Below are positions 1 to 15,000 of a DNA stretch of 64,000 bases, piece after piece (position 1 is the first letter of the stretch; each line of letters begins with the position of its first letter). The notes under the pieces are model-generated. The model searched no databases, was not told where the DNA came from, and saw nothing but the letters and a program-made list of their open reading frames with translations. This DNA is from Eledone cirrhosa (taxonomy: Eukaryota). Both the position numbers and the translations under genes were made by a program. The stretch is from NCBI GenBank assembly GCA_964016885.1, contig OZ024745.1, positions 9,858,001-9,922,000 on the forward strand. The letters are read 5' to 3'.

Positions 1-3000
1 TTCTGTAATCCCAGTATATAACCAAGACATGGTCACTTGACCTCTGTAATCCCAGTATATAACCAAGACATGGTCACTTGACCAGTGTAATCCCAGTATA
101 TATCCAAGACATGGTCACTTGACCTCTGTAATCCCAGTATATAACCAAGACATGGTCACTTGACTTCTGTAATCCCAGTATATAACCAAGACATGGTCAC
201 TTGACCAGTGTAATCCCAGTATATATCCAAGACATGGTCACTTGACCTCTGTAATCCCAGTATATAACCAAGACATGGTCACTTGACTTCTGTAATCCCA
301 GTATATATCCAAGACATGGTCACTTGACCTCTGTAATCCCAGTATATAACCAAGACATGGTCACTTGACTTCTGTAATCCCAGTATATAACCAAGACATG
401 GTCACTTGACCAGTGTAATCCCAGTATATATCCAAGACATGGTCACTTGACCTCTGTAATCCCAGTATATAACCAAGACATGGTCACTTGACTTCTGTAA
501 TCCCAGTATATATCCAAGACATGGTCACTTGACCTCTGTAATCCCAGTATATAACCAAGACATGGTCACTTGACTTCTGTAATCCCAGTATATAACCAAG
601 TCATGGTCACTTGACCTCTGTAATCCCAGTATATATCCAAGTCATGGTCACTTGACCTCTGTAATCCCAGTATATAACCAAGACATGGTCACTTGACCTC
701 TGTAATCCCAGTATATATCCAAGACATGGTCACTTGACTTCTGTAATCCCAGTATATAACCAAGACATGGTCACTTGACCAGTGTAATCCCAGTATATAT
801 CCAAGACATGGTCACTTGACCTCTGTAATCCCAGTATATAACCAAGACATGGTCACTTGACCAGTGTAATCCCAGTATATAACCAAGACATGGTCACTTG
901 ACCTCTGTAATCCCAGTATATAACCAAGACATGGTCACTTGACCTCTGTAATCCCAGTATATAACCAAGACATGGTCACTTGACCTCTGTAATCCCAGTA
1001 TATAACCAAGACATGGTCACTTGACTTCTGTAATCCCAGTATATAACCAAGACATGGTCACTTGACTTCTGTAATCCCAGTATATAACCAAGACATGGTC
1101 ACTTGACCTCTGTAATCCCAGTATATAACCAAGACATGGTCACTTGACCTCTGTAATCCCAGTATATAACCAAGACATGGTCACTTGACTTCTGTAATCC
1201 CAGTATATAACCAAGACATGGTCACTTGACCAGTGTAATCCCAGTATATAAACAAGACATGGTCACTTGACTTCTGTAATCCCAGTATATAACCAAGACA
1301 TGGTCACTTGACCTCTGTAATCCCAGTATATAACCAAGACATGGTCACTTGACCTCTGTAATCCCAGTATATAACCAAGACATGGTCACTTGACTTCTGT
1401 AATCCCAGTATATAACCAAGACATGGTCACTTGACCAGTGTAATCCCAGTATATAACCAAGACATGGTCACTTGACCTCTGTAATCCCAGTATATAACCA
1501 AGACATGGTCACTTGACTTCTGTAATCCCAGTATATAACCAAGACATGGTCACTTGACTTCTGTAATCCCAGTATATAACCAAGACATGGTCACTTGACC
1601 AGTGTAATCCCAGTATATAACCAAGACATGGTCACTTGACCTCTGTAATCCCAGTATATAACCAAGACATGGTCACTTGACCTCTGTAATCCCAGTATAT
1701 AACCAAGACATGGTCACTTGACTTCTGTAATCCCAGTATATAACCAAGACATGGTCACTTGACCAGTGTAATCCCAGTATATATCCAAGACATGGTCACT
1801 TGACCTCTGTAATCCCAGTATATAACCAAGACATGGTCACTTGACCTCTGTAATCCCAGTATATAACCAAGACATGGTCACTTGACCAGTGTAATCCCAG
1901 TATATAACCAAGACATGGTCACTTGACTTCTGTAATCCCAGTATATAACCAAGTCATGGTCACTTGACCTCTGTAATCCCAGTATATAACCAAGACATGG
2001 TCACTTGACTTCTGTAATCCCAGTATGTAACCAAGACATGGTCACTTGACTTCTGTAATCCCAGTATATAAACAAGTCATGGTCACTTGACCTCTGTAAT
2101 CCCAGTATATAACCAAGACATGGTCACTTGACTTCTGTAATCCCAGTATATAACCAAGACATGGTCACTTGACCAGTGTAATCCCAGTATATATCCAAGA
2201 CATGGTCACTTGACTTCTGTAATCCCAGTATATAACCAAGACATGGTCACTTGACCTCTGTAATCCCAGTATATAACCAAGACATGGTCACTTGACTTCT
2301 GTAATCCCAGTATATAACCAAGTCATGGTCACTTGACCTCTGTAATCCCAGTATATAACCAAGACATGGTCACTTGACTTCTGTAATCCCAGTATATAAC
2401 CAAGTCATGGTCACTTGACCTCTGTAATCCCAGTATATAACCAAGACATGGTCACTTGACTTCTGTAATCCCAGTATATAAACAAGTCATGGTCACTTGA
2501 CCTCTGTAATCCCAGTATATAACCAAGACATGGTCACTTGACTTCTGTAATCCCAGTATATAACCAAGACATGGTCACTTGACCAGTGTAATCCCAGTAT
2601 ATATCCAAGACATGGTCACTTGACTTCTGTAATCCCAGTATATAACCAAGACATGGTCACTTGACCAGTGTAATCCCAGTATATAACCAAGACATGGTCA
2701 CTTGACCTCTGTAATCCCAGTATATATCCAAGACATGGTCACTTGACCTCTGTAATCCCAGTATATAACCAAGACATGGTCACTTGAACACTGTAATCCC
2801 AGTATATATCCAAGACATGGTCACTTGACCTCTGTAATCCCAGTATATAACCAAGACATGGTCACTTGACCAGTGTAATCCCAGTATATAACCAAGACAT
2901 GGTCACTTGACCTCTGTAATCCCAGTATATATCCAAGACATGGTCACTTGACCTCTGTAATCCCAGTATATAACCAAGACATGGTCACTTGACTTCTGTA

Positions 3001-6000
3001 ATCCCAGTATATAACCAAGGCATGGTCACTTGACCAGTGTAATCCCAGTATATATCCAAGACATGGTCACTTGACCTCTGTAATCCCAGTATATATCCAA
3101 GACATGGTCACTTGACTTCTGTAATCCCAGTATATAACCAAGACATGGTCACCTGACCTCTGTAATCCCAGTATATATCCAAGACATGGTCACTTGACTT
3201 CTGTAATCCCAGTATATAACCAAGACATGGTCACTTGACCTCTGTTATCCCAGTATATAACCAAGACATGGTCACTTGACCAGTGTAATCCCAGTATATA
3301 TCCAAGACATGGTCACTTGACCTCTGTAATCCCAGTATATATCCAAGACATGGTCACTTGACCTCTGTAATCCCAGTATATAACCAAGACATGGTCACTT
3401 GACCTCTGTAATCCCAGTATATAACCAAGACATGGTCACTTGACCTCTGTAATCCCAGTATATAACCAAGACATGGTCACTTGACTTCTGTAATCCCAGT
3501 ATATAACCAAGACATGGTCACTTGACCAGTGTAATCCCAGTATATAACCAAGACATGGTCACTTGACCTCTGTAATCCCAGTATATAACCAAGACATGGT
3601 CACGTGACCTCTGTAATCCCAGTATATATCCAAGACATGGTCACTTGACCAGTGTAATCCCAGTATATATCCAAGACATGGTCACTTGACCTCTGTAATC
3701 CCAGTATATAACCAAGACATGGTCACTTGACCTCTGTAATCCCAGTATATAACCAAGACATGGCCACTTGACCTCTGTAATCCCAGTATTTAACCAAGAC
3801 ATGGTCACTTGACCTCTGTAATCCCAGTATATAACCAAGACATGGTCACTTGACCTCTGTAATCCCAGTATATAACCAAGACATGGTCACTTGACCTCTG
3901 TAATCCCAGTATATAACCAAGACATGGTCACTTGACCTCTGTAATCCCAGTATATAACCAAGACATGGTCACTTGACCTCTGTAATCCCAGTATATAACC
4001 AAGACATGGTCACTTGACTTCTGTAATCCCAGTATATAACCAAGACATGGTCACTTGACCAGTGTAATCCCAGTATATAACCAAGACATGGTCACTTGAC
4101 CTCTGTAATCCCAGTATATATCCAAGACATGGTCACTTGACCAGTGTAATCCCAGTATATAACCAAGACATGGTCACTTGACCTCTGTAATCCCAGTATA
4201 TATCCAAGACATGGTCACTTGACCTCTGTAATCCCAGTATATAACCAAGACATGGTCACTTGACCAGTGTAATCTCAGTATATAACCAAGACATGGTCAC
4301 TTGACCAGTGTAATCTCAGTATATAACCAAGACATGGTCACTTGACCTCTGTAATCCCAGTATATATCCAAGACATGGTCACTTGACCTCTGTAATCCCA
4401 GTATATAACCAAGACATAGGTCACTTGACCTCTGTAATCCCAGTATATATCCAAGACATGGTCACTTGACCTCTGTAATCCCAGTATATAACCAAGACAG
4501 TCTCACTTGACCAGTGTAATCCCAGTATATAACCAAGACATGGTCACTTGACCTCTGTAATCCCAGTATATAACCAAGACATGGTCACTTGACCAGTGTA
4601 ATCCCAGTATATAACCAAGACATAGTCACTTGACCAGTGTAATCCCAGTATATAACCAAGACATGGTCACTTGACCAGTATATATCCAAGACAGTCTCAC
4701 TTGACCTCTGTAATCCCAGTATATAACCAAGACATGGTCACTTGACCAGTGTAATCCCAGTATATATCCAAGACATGGTCACTTGACCTCTGTAATCCCA
4801 GTATATAACCAAGACATGGTCACTTGACCAGTGTAATCTCAGTATATAACCAAGACATGGTCACTTGACCAGTGTAATCCCAGTATATAACCAAGACAGT
4901 CTCACTTGACCTCTGTAATCCCAGTATATAACCAAGACATGGTCACTTGACCAGTGTAATCCCAGTATATATCCAAGACATGGTCACTTGACCTCTGTAA
5001 TCCCAGTATATAACCAAGACATGGTCACTTGACCAGTGTAATCCCAGTATATAACCAAGACATGGTCACTTGACCAGTGTAATCCCAGTATATAACCAAG
5101 ACATGGTCACTTGACCTCTGTAATCCCAGTATATATCCAAGACAGTCTCACTTGACCTCTGTAATCCCAGTATATAACCAAGACATGGTCACTTGACCAG
5201 TGTAATCCCAGTATATAACCAAGACATGGTCACTTGACCAGTGTAATCCCAGTATATAACCAAGACATGGTCACTTGACCTCTGTAATCCCAGTATATAA
5301 CCAAGACATGATCACTTGACCTCTGTAATCCCAGTATATATCCAAGACATGGTCACTTGACCTCTGTAATCCCAGTATATATCCAAGACATGGTCACTTG
5401 ACCAGTGTAATCCCAGTATATATCCAAGACATGGTCACTTGACCTCTGTAATCCCAGTATATATCCAAGACATGATCACTTGACCTCTGTAATTCCAGTA
5501 TATATCCAAGACATGGTCACTTGACCTCTGTAATCCCAGTATATATCCAAGACATGGTCACTTGACCAGTGTAATCCCAGTATATAACCAAGACATGGTC
5601 ACTTGACCAGTGTAATCCCAGTATATAACCAAGACATGGTCACTTGACCTCTGTAATCCCAGTATATAACCAAGACATGGTCACTTGACCTCTGTAATCC
5701 CAGTATATAACCAAGACATGGTCACTTGACCAGTGTAATCCCAGTATATAACCAAGACATGGTCACTTGACCAGTGTAATCCCAGTATATATCCAAGACA
5801 TGGTCACTTGACCTCTGTAATCCCAGTATATAACCAAGACATGGTCACTTGACCAGTGTAATCCCAGTATATATCCAAGACAGTCTCACTTGACCAGTGT
5901 AATCCCAGTATATAACCAAGACATGGTCATTTGACCAGTGTAATCCCAGTATATAACCAAGACAGTCTCACTTGACCAGTGTAATCCCAGTATATATCCA

Positions 6001-9000
6001 AGACATGGTCACTTGACCAGTGTAATCCCAGTATATAACCAAGACATGGTCACTTGACTTCTGTAATCCCAGTATATAACCAAGACATGGTCACTTGACC
6101 TCTGTAATCCCAGTATATATCCAAGACATGGTCACTTGACCTCTGTAATCCCAGTATATAACCAAGACATGGTCACTTGACCTCTGTAATCCCAGTATAT
6201 ATCCAAGACATGGTCACTTGACCAGTGTAATCCCAGTATATATCCAATACATGGTCACTTGACCAGTGTAATCCCAGTATATAACTAAGACATGGTCACT
6301 TGACCTCTGTAATCCCAGTATATATCCAAGACATGGTCACTTGACCTCTGTAATCCCAGTATATAACGAAGACATGGTCACTTGACCTCTGTAATCCCAG
6401 TATATAACCAAGACATGGTCACTTGACCAGTGTAAACCCAGTATATAACCAAGACATGTTCACTTCACCAGTGTAATTCCAGTATATATCCAAGACATGG
6501 TCACTTGACCAGTGTAATCCCAGTATATATCCAAGACATGGTCACTTGACTTCTGTAATCCCAGTATATAACCAAGACATGGTCACTTGACCTCTGTAAT
6601 CCCAGTATATATCCAAGACAGTCTCACTTGACCTCTGTAATACCAGTATATAACGAAGACATGGTCACTTGACATCTGTAATCCCAGTATATAACCAAGA
6701 CATGGTCACTTGACCAGTGTAAACCCAGTATATAACCAAGACATGTTCACTTCACCAGTGTAATTCCAGTGTATATCCAAGACATGGTCACTTGACCAGT
6801 GTAATCCCAGTATATAACCAAGACATGGTCACTTGACCTCTGTAATCCCAGTATATAACCAAGACATGGTCACTTGACCTCTGTAATCCCAGTATATAAC
6901 CAAGACATGGTCACTTGACCAGTGTAAACCCAGTATATAACCAAGACATGTTCACTTCACCAGTGTAATTCCAGTATATATCCAAGACATGGTCACTTGA
7001 CCAGTGTAATCCCAGTATATATCCAAGACATGGTCACTTGACCTCTGTAATCCCAGTATATATCCAAGACATGGTCACTTGACCTCTGTAATCCCAGTAT
7101 ATAACCAAGACATGGTCACTTGACCAGTGTAATCCCAGTATATATCTAAGACATGGTCACTTGACCTCTGTAATCCCAGTATATAACCAAGACATGGTCA
7201 CTTGACCAGTGTAATCCCAGTATATATCTAAGACATGGTCACTTGACCTCTGTAATCCCAGTATATAACCAAGACATGGTCACTTGACCAGTGTAATCCC
7301 AGTATATAACCAAGACATGGTCACTTGCCCAGTGTAATCCCAGTATATAACCAAGACATGGTCACTTGACCAGTGTAATCCCAGTATATAACCAAGACAT
7401 GGTCACTTGACCAGTGTAATCCCAGTATATAACCAAGACATGGTCACTTGACCAATATATATCCAAGACAGTCTCACTTGACCTCTGTAATCCCAGTATA
7501 TAACCAAGACATGGTCACTTGACCAGTGTAATCCCAGTATATAACCAAGACATGGTCACTTGACCAATATATATCCAAGACAGTCTCACTTGACCTCTGT
7601 AATCCCAGTATATAACCAAGACAGTCTCACTTCACCAGTGTAATCCCAGTATATATCCAATACATGGTCACTTGACCAGTGTAATCCCAGTATATAACCA
7701 AGACATGGTCACTTGACCTCTGTAATCCCAGTATATAACCAAGACATGGTCACTTGACCTCTGTAATCCCAGTATATAACCAAGACAGTATCACTTGACC
7801 AGTGTAATCCCAGTATATAACCAAGACATGGTCACTTGACCTCTGTAATCCCAGTATATAACCAAGACATGGTCACCTGACCAGTGTAATCCCAGTATAT
7901 ATCCAAGACATGGTCACTTGACCTCTGTAATCCCAGTACATAACCAAGACATGGTCACTTGACCAGTGTAATCTCAGTATATAACCAAGTCATGGTCACT
8001 TGACCTCTGTAATCCCAGTATATAACCAAGACAGTCTCACTTGACCAGTGTAATCCCAGTATATAACCAAGACATAGTCACTTGACCAGTGTAATCCCAG
8101 TATATAACCAAGAGATGGTCACTTGACCAGTATATATCGAAGACAGTCTCACTTGACCTCTGTAATCCCAGTATATAACCAAGACATGGTCACTTGACCA
8201 GTGTAATCCCAGTATATATCCAAGACATGGTCACTTGACCTCTGTAATCCCAGTATATAACCAAGACATGGTCACTTGACCAGTGTAATCCCAGTATATA
8301 ACCAAGACATGGTCACTTGACCTCTGTAATCCCAGTATATAACCAAGACATGGTCACTTGACCTCTGTAATCCCAGTATATAACCAAGACATGGTCACTT
8401 GACCTCTGTAATCCCAGTATATAACCAAGACATGGTCACTTGACCTCTGTAATCCCAGTATATATCCAAGACATGGTCACTTGACCTCTGTAATCCCAGT
8501 ATATAACCAAGACATTGTCACCTGACCTCTGTAATCCCAGTATATAACCAAGACATGGTCACTTGACCTCTGTAATCCCAGTATATATCCAAGACATGGT
8601 CACTTGACCTCTGTAATCCCAGTATATAACCAAGACATTGTCACCTGACCTCTGTAATCCCAGTATATAACCAAGACATTGTCACCTGACCTCTGTAATC
8701 CCAGTATATATCCAAGACATGGTCACTTGACCTCTGTAATCCCAGTATATATCCAAGACATGGTCACTTGAACTCTGTAATCCCAGTATATAACCAAGAC
8801 ATGGCCACTTGACCAGTGTAATCCCAGTATATAACCAAGACATGGTCACTTGACCTCTGTTATCCCAGTATATAACCAAGACATGGTCACTTGACCTCTG
8901 TAATCCCAGTATATAACCAAGACATGGCCACTTGACCAGTGTAATCCCAGTATATAACCAAGACATGGTCACTTGACCAGTGTAATCCCAGTATATATCC

Positions 9001-12000
9001 AAGACAGTCTCACTTGACCTCTGTAATCCCAGTATATATCCAAGACATGGTCACTTGACCTCTGTAATCCCAGTATATAACCAAGACATGGTCACTTGAC
9101 CTGTGTAATCCCAGTATATATCCAAGACATGGTCACTTGACCTCTGTTATCCCAGTATATAACCAAGACATGGTCACTTGACCTCTGTTATCCCAGTATA
9201 TAACCAAGACATGGTCACTTGACCTGTGTAATCCCAGTATATAACCAAGACATGGTCACTTGACCTCTGTTATCCCAGTATATAACCAAGACATGGTCAC
9301 TTGACCTCTGTAATCCCAGTATATAACCAAGACAGTATCACTTGACCAGTGTAATCCCAGTATATAACCAAGACATGGTCACTTGACCAGTGTAATCCCA
9401 GTATATAACCAAGACATGGTCACTTGACCAGTGTAATCCCAGTATATATCCAAGACATGGTCATTTGATCTCTGTAATCCCAGTATATAACCAAGACATG
9501 GTCACTTGACCAGTGTAATCCCAGTATATAACCATACCATGGTCACTTGACCAGTGTAATCCCAGTATATATCCAAGACATGGTCACTTGACCAGTGTAA
9601 TCCCAGTATATAACCAAGACATGGTCACTTGACCAGTGTAATCCCAGTATATAACCAAGACATGGTCACTTGACCTGTAATCCCAGTATATATCCAAGAC
9701 ATGGTCACTTGACCAGTGTAATCCCAGTATATAACCAAGACATGGTCACTTGACCTCTGTAATCCCAGTATATATCCAAGACATGGTCACTTGACCTCTG
9801 TAATCCCAGTATATAACCAAGACAGTCTCACTTGACCTCTGTAATCCCAGTATATAACCAAGACATGGTCACTTGACCTCTGTAATCCCAGTATATATCC
9901 AAGACATGGTCACTTGACCAGTGTAATCCCAGTATATAACCAAGACAGTCTCACTTGACCTCTGTAATCCCAGTATATAACCAAGACATGGTCACTTGAC
10001 CTCTGTAATCCCAGTATATAACCAAGACATGGTCACTTGACCTCTGTAATCCCAGTATATATCCAAGACATGGTCACTTGACCAGTGTATTCCCAGTATA
10101 TAACCAAGACATGGTCACTTGACCTCTGTAATCCCAGTATATAACCAAGACATGGTCACTTGACCTCTGTAATCCCAGTATATAACCAAGACATGGTCAC
10201 TTGACCTCTGTAATCCCAGTATATATCCAAGACATGGCCACTTGACCTCTGTAATCCCAGTATATAACCAAGACATTGTCACCTGACCTCTGTAATCCCA
10301 GTATATAACCAAGACATGGTCACTTGACCTCTGTAATCCCAGTATATAACCAAGACATGGTCACTTGACCTCTGTAATCCCAGTATATATCCAAGGCATG
10401 GTCACTTGACCAGTGTAATCCCAGTATATAACCAAGACATGGTCACTTGACCTCTGTAATCCCAGTATATAACCAAGACATGGTCACTTGACCTCTGTAA
10501 TCCCAGTATATATCCAAGACAGTCTCACTTGACCTATGTAATCCCAGTATATATCCAAGACATGGTCACTTGACCTCTGTAATCCCAGTATATATCCAAG
10601 ACATGGCCACTTGACCTCTGTAATCCCAGTATATAACCAAGACATTGTCACCTGACCTCTGTAATCCCAGTATATAACCAAGACATGGTCACTTGACCTC
10701 TGTAATCCCAGTATATATCCAAGACATGGTCACTTGACCTCTGTAATGCCAGTATATATCCAAGACATGGTCACTTGACCAGTGTAATCCCAGTATATAA
10801 CCAAGACATGGTCACTTGACCTCTGTAATCCCAGTATATAACCAAGACATGATCACTTGACCTCTGTAATCCCAGTATATAACCAAGACATGGTCACTTG
10901 ACCTCTGTAATCCCAGTATATAACCAAGACATGGTCACTTGACCTCTGTAATCCCAGTATATATCCAAGACATGGTCACTTGACCTCTGTAATCCCAGTA
11001 TATAACCAAGACATTGTCACCTGACCTCTGTAATCCCAGTATATAACCAAGACATGGTCACTTGACCTCTGTAATCCCAGTATATATCCAAGACATGGTC
11101 ACTTGACCTCTGTAATCCCAGTATATAACCAAGACATTGTCACCTGACCTCTGTAATCCCAGTATATAACCAAGACATTGTCACCTGACCTCTGTAATCC
11201 CAGTATATATCCAAGACATGGTCACTTGACCTCTGTAATCCCAGTATATATCCAAGACATGGTCACTTGAACTCTGTAATCCCAGTATATAACCAAGACA
11301 TGGCCACTTGACCAGTGTAATCCCAGTATATAACCAAGACATGGTCACTTGACCTCTGTTATCCCAGTATATAACCAAGACATGGTCACTTGACCTCTGT
11401 AATCCCAGTATATAACCAAGACATGGCCACTTGACCAGTGTAATCCCAGTATATAACCAAGACATGGTCACTTGACCAGTGTAATCCCAGTATATATCCA
11501 AGACAGTCTCACTTGACCTCTGTAATCCCAGTATATATCCAAGACATGGTCACTTGACCTCTGTAATCCCAGTATATAACCAAGACATGGTCACTTGACC
11601 TGTGTAATCCCAGTATATATCCAAGACATGGTCACTTGACCTCTGTTATCCCAGTATATAACCAAGACATGGTCACTTGACCTCTGTTATCCCAGTATAT
11701 AACCAAGACATGGTCACTTGACCTGTGTAATCCCAGTATATAACCAAGACATGGTCACTTGACCTCTGTAATCCCAGTATATAACCAAGACATGGTCACT
11801 TGACCTCTGTAATCCCAGTATATAACCAAGACATTGTCACCTGACCTCTGTAATCCCAGTATATAACCAAGACATTGTCACCTGACCTCTGTAATCCCAG
11901 TATATATCCAAGACATGGTCACTTGACCTCTGTAATCCCAGTATATATCCAAGACATGGTCACTTGAACTCTGTAATCCCAGTATATAACCAAGACATGG

Positions 12001-15000
12001 CCACTTGACCAGTGTAATCCCAGTATATAACCAAGACATGGTCACTTGACCTCTGTTATCCCAGTATATAACCAAGACATGGTCACTTGACCTCTGTAAT
12101 CCCAGTATATAACCAAGACTGTATCACTTGACCAGTGTAATCCCAGTATATAACCAAGACATGGTCACTTGACCAGTGTAATCCCAGTATATAACCAAGA
12201 CATGGTCACTTGACCAGTGTAATCCCAGTATATATCCAAGACATGGTCATTTGATCTCTGTAATCCCAGTATATAACCAAGACATGGTCACTTGACCAGT
12301 GTAATCCCAGTATATAACCATACCATGGTCACTTGACCAGTGTAATCCCAGTATATATCCAAGACATGGTCACTTGACCAGTGTAATCCCAGTATATAAC
12401 CAAGACATGGTCACTTGACCAGTGTAATCCCAGTATATAACCAAGACATGGTCATTTGACCTGTAATCCCAGTATATATCCAAGACATGGTCACTTGACC
12501 AGTGTAATCCCAGTATATAACCAAGACATGGTCACTTGACCTCTGTAATCCCAGTATATATCCAAGACATGGTCACTTGACCTCTGTAATCCCAGTATAT
12601 AACCAAGACAGTCTCACTTGACCTCTGTAATCCCAGTATATAACCAAGACATGGTCACTTGACCTCTGTAATCCCAGTATATAACCAAGACATGGTCACT
12701 TGACCTCTGTAATCCCAGTATATAACCAAGACATGGTCACTTGACCTCTGTAATCCCAGTATATATCCAAGACATGGTCACTTGACCAGTGTATTCCCAG
12801 TATATAACCAAGACATGGTCACTTGACCTCTGTAATCCCAGTATATAACCAAGACATGGTCACTTGACCTCTGTAATCCCAGTATATAACCAAGACATGG
12901 TCACTTGACCTCTGTAATCCCAGTATATATCCAAGACATGGCCACTTGACCTCTGTAATCCCAGTATATAACCAAGACATTGTCACCTGACCTCTGTAAT
13001 CCCAGTATATAACCAAGACATGGTCACTTGACCTCTGTAATCCCAGTATATAACCAAGACATGGTCACTTGACCTCTGTAATCCCAGTATATATCCAAGG
13101 CATGGTCACTTGACCAGTGTAATCCCAGTATATAACCAAGACATGGTCACTTGACCTCTGTAATCCCAGTATATAACCAAGACATGGTCACTTGACCTCT
13201 GTAATCCCAGTATATATCCAAGACAGTCTCACTTGACCTATGTAATCCCAGTATATATCCAAGACATGGTCACTTGACCTCTGTAATCCCAGTATATATC
13301 CAAGACATGGCCACTTGACCTCTGTAATCCCAGTATATAACCAAGACATTGTCACCTGACCTCTGTAATCCCAGTATATAACCAAGACATGGTCACTTGA
13401 CCTCTGTAATCCCAGTATATATCCAAGACATGGTCACTTGACCTCTGTAATGCCAGTATATATCCAAGACATGGTCACTTGAACTCTGTAATCCCAGTAT
13501 ATAACCAAGACATGGCCACTTGACCAGTGTAATCCCAGTATATAACCAAGACATGGCCACTTGACCAGTGTAATCCCAGTATATAACCAAGACATGGTCA
13601 CTTGACCTCTGTAATCCCAGTATATATCCAAGACAGTCTCACTTGACCAGTGTAATCCCAGTATATATCCAAGACAGTCTCACTTGACCAGTGTAATCCC
13701 AGTATATATCCAAGACATGGTCACTTGACCTCTGTAATCCCAGTATATAACCAAGACATGGTCACTTGACCTGTGTAATCCCAGTATATATCCAAGACAT
13801 GGTCACTTGACCAGTGTAATCCCAGTATATAACCAAGACATGGTCACTTGACCTCTGTTATCCCAGTATATAACCAAGACATGGTCACTTGACCTCTGTA
13901 ATCCCAGTATATAACCAAGACAGTATAACTTGACCAGTGTAATCCCAGTATATAATCAAGACATGGTCACTTGACCAGTGTAATCCCAGTATATAACCAA
14001 GACATGGTCACTTGACCAGTGTAATCCCAGTATATATCCAAGACATGGTCATTTGATCTCTGTAATCCCAGTATATAACCAAGACATGGTCACTTGACCA
14101 GTGTAATCCCAGTATATAACCATACCATGGTCACTTGACCAGTGTAATCCCAGTATATATCCAAGACATGGTCACTTGACCAGTGTAATCCCAGTATATA
14201 ACCAAGACATGGTCACTTGACCAGTGTAATCCCAGTATATAACCAAGACATGGTCACTTGACCTGTAATCCCAGTATATATCCAAGACATGGTCACTTGA
14301 CCAGTGTAGTCCCAGTATATAACCAAGACATGGTCACTTGACCTCTGTAATCCCAGTATATATCCAAGACATGGTCACTTGACCTCTGTAATCCCAGTAT
14401 ATAACCAAGACAGTCTCACTTGACCTCTGTAATCCCAGTATATAACCAAGACATGGTCACTTGACCTCTGTAATCCCAGTATATAACCAAGACATGGTCA
14501 CTTGACCTCTGTAATCCCAGTATATATCCAAGACATGGTCACTTGACCAGTGTATTCCCAGTATATAACCAAGACATGGTCACTTGACCTCTGTAATCCC
14601 AGTATATAACCAAGACATGGTCACTTGACCTCTGTAATCCCAGTATATAACCAAGACATGGTCACTTGACCTCTGTAATCCCAGTATATATCCAAGACAT
14701 GGCCACTTGACCTCTGTAATCCCAGTATATAACCAAGACATTGTCACCTGACCTCTGTAATCCCAGTATATAACCAAGACATGGTCACTTGACCTCTGTA
14801 ATCCCAGTATATAACCAAGACATGGTCACTTGACCTCTGTAATCCCAGTATATATCCAAGGCATGGTCACTTGACCAGTGTAATCCCAGTATATAACCAA
14901 GACATGGTCACTTGACCTCTGTAATCCCAGTATATAACCAAGACATGGTCACTTGACCTCTGTAATCCCAGTATATATCCAAGACAGTCTCACTTGACCT

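Noticed and set aside
6451-6960. AGACATGTTC variant equals a p53 half-site
   Set aside because: These are isolated half-sites in a handful of monomers with no good adjacent second half-site, as expected from single substitutions.
9661-9700. CCTGTAATCCCAG match to Alu in the 39-bp variant
   Set aside because: It is a 13-bp match created by a 2-bp deletion, with no other Alu sequence. The flanking repeats do not look primate.
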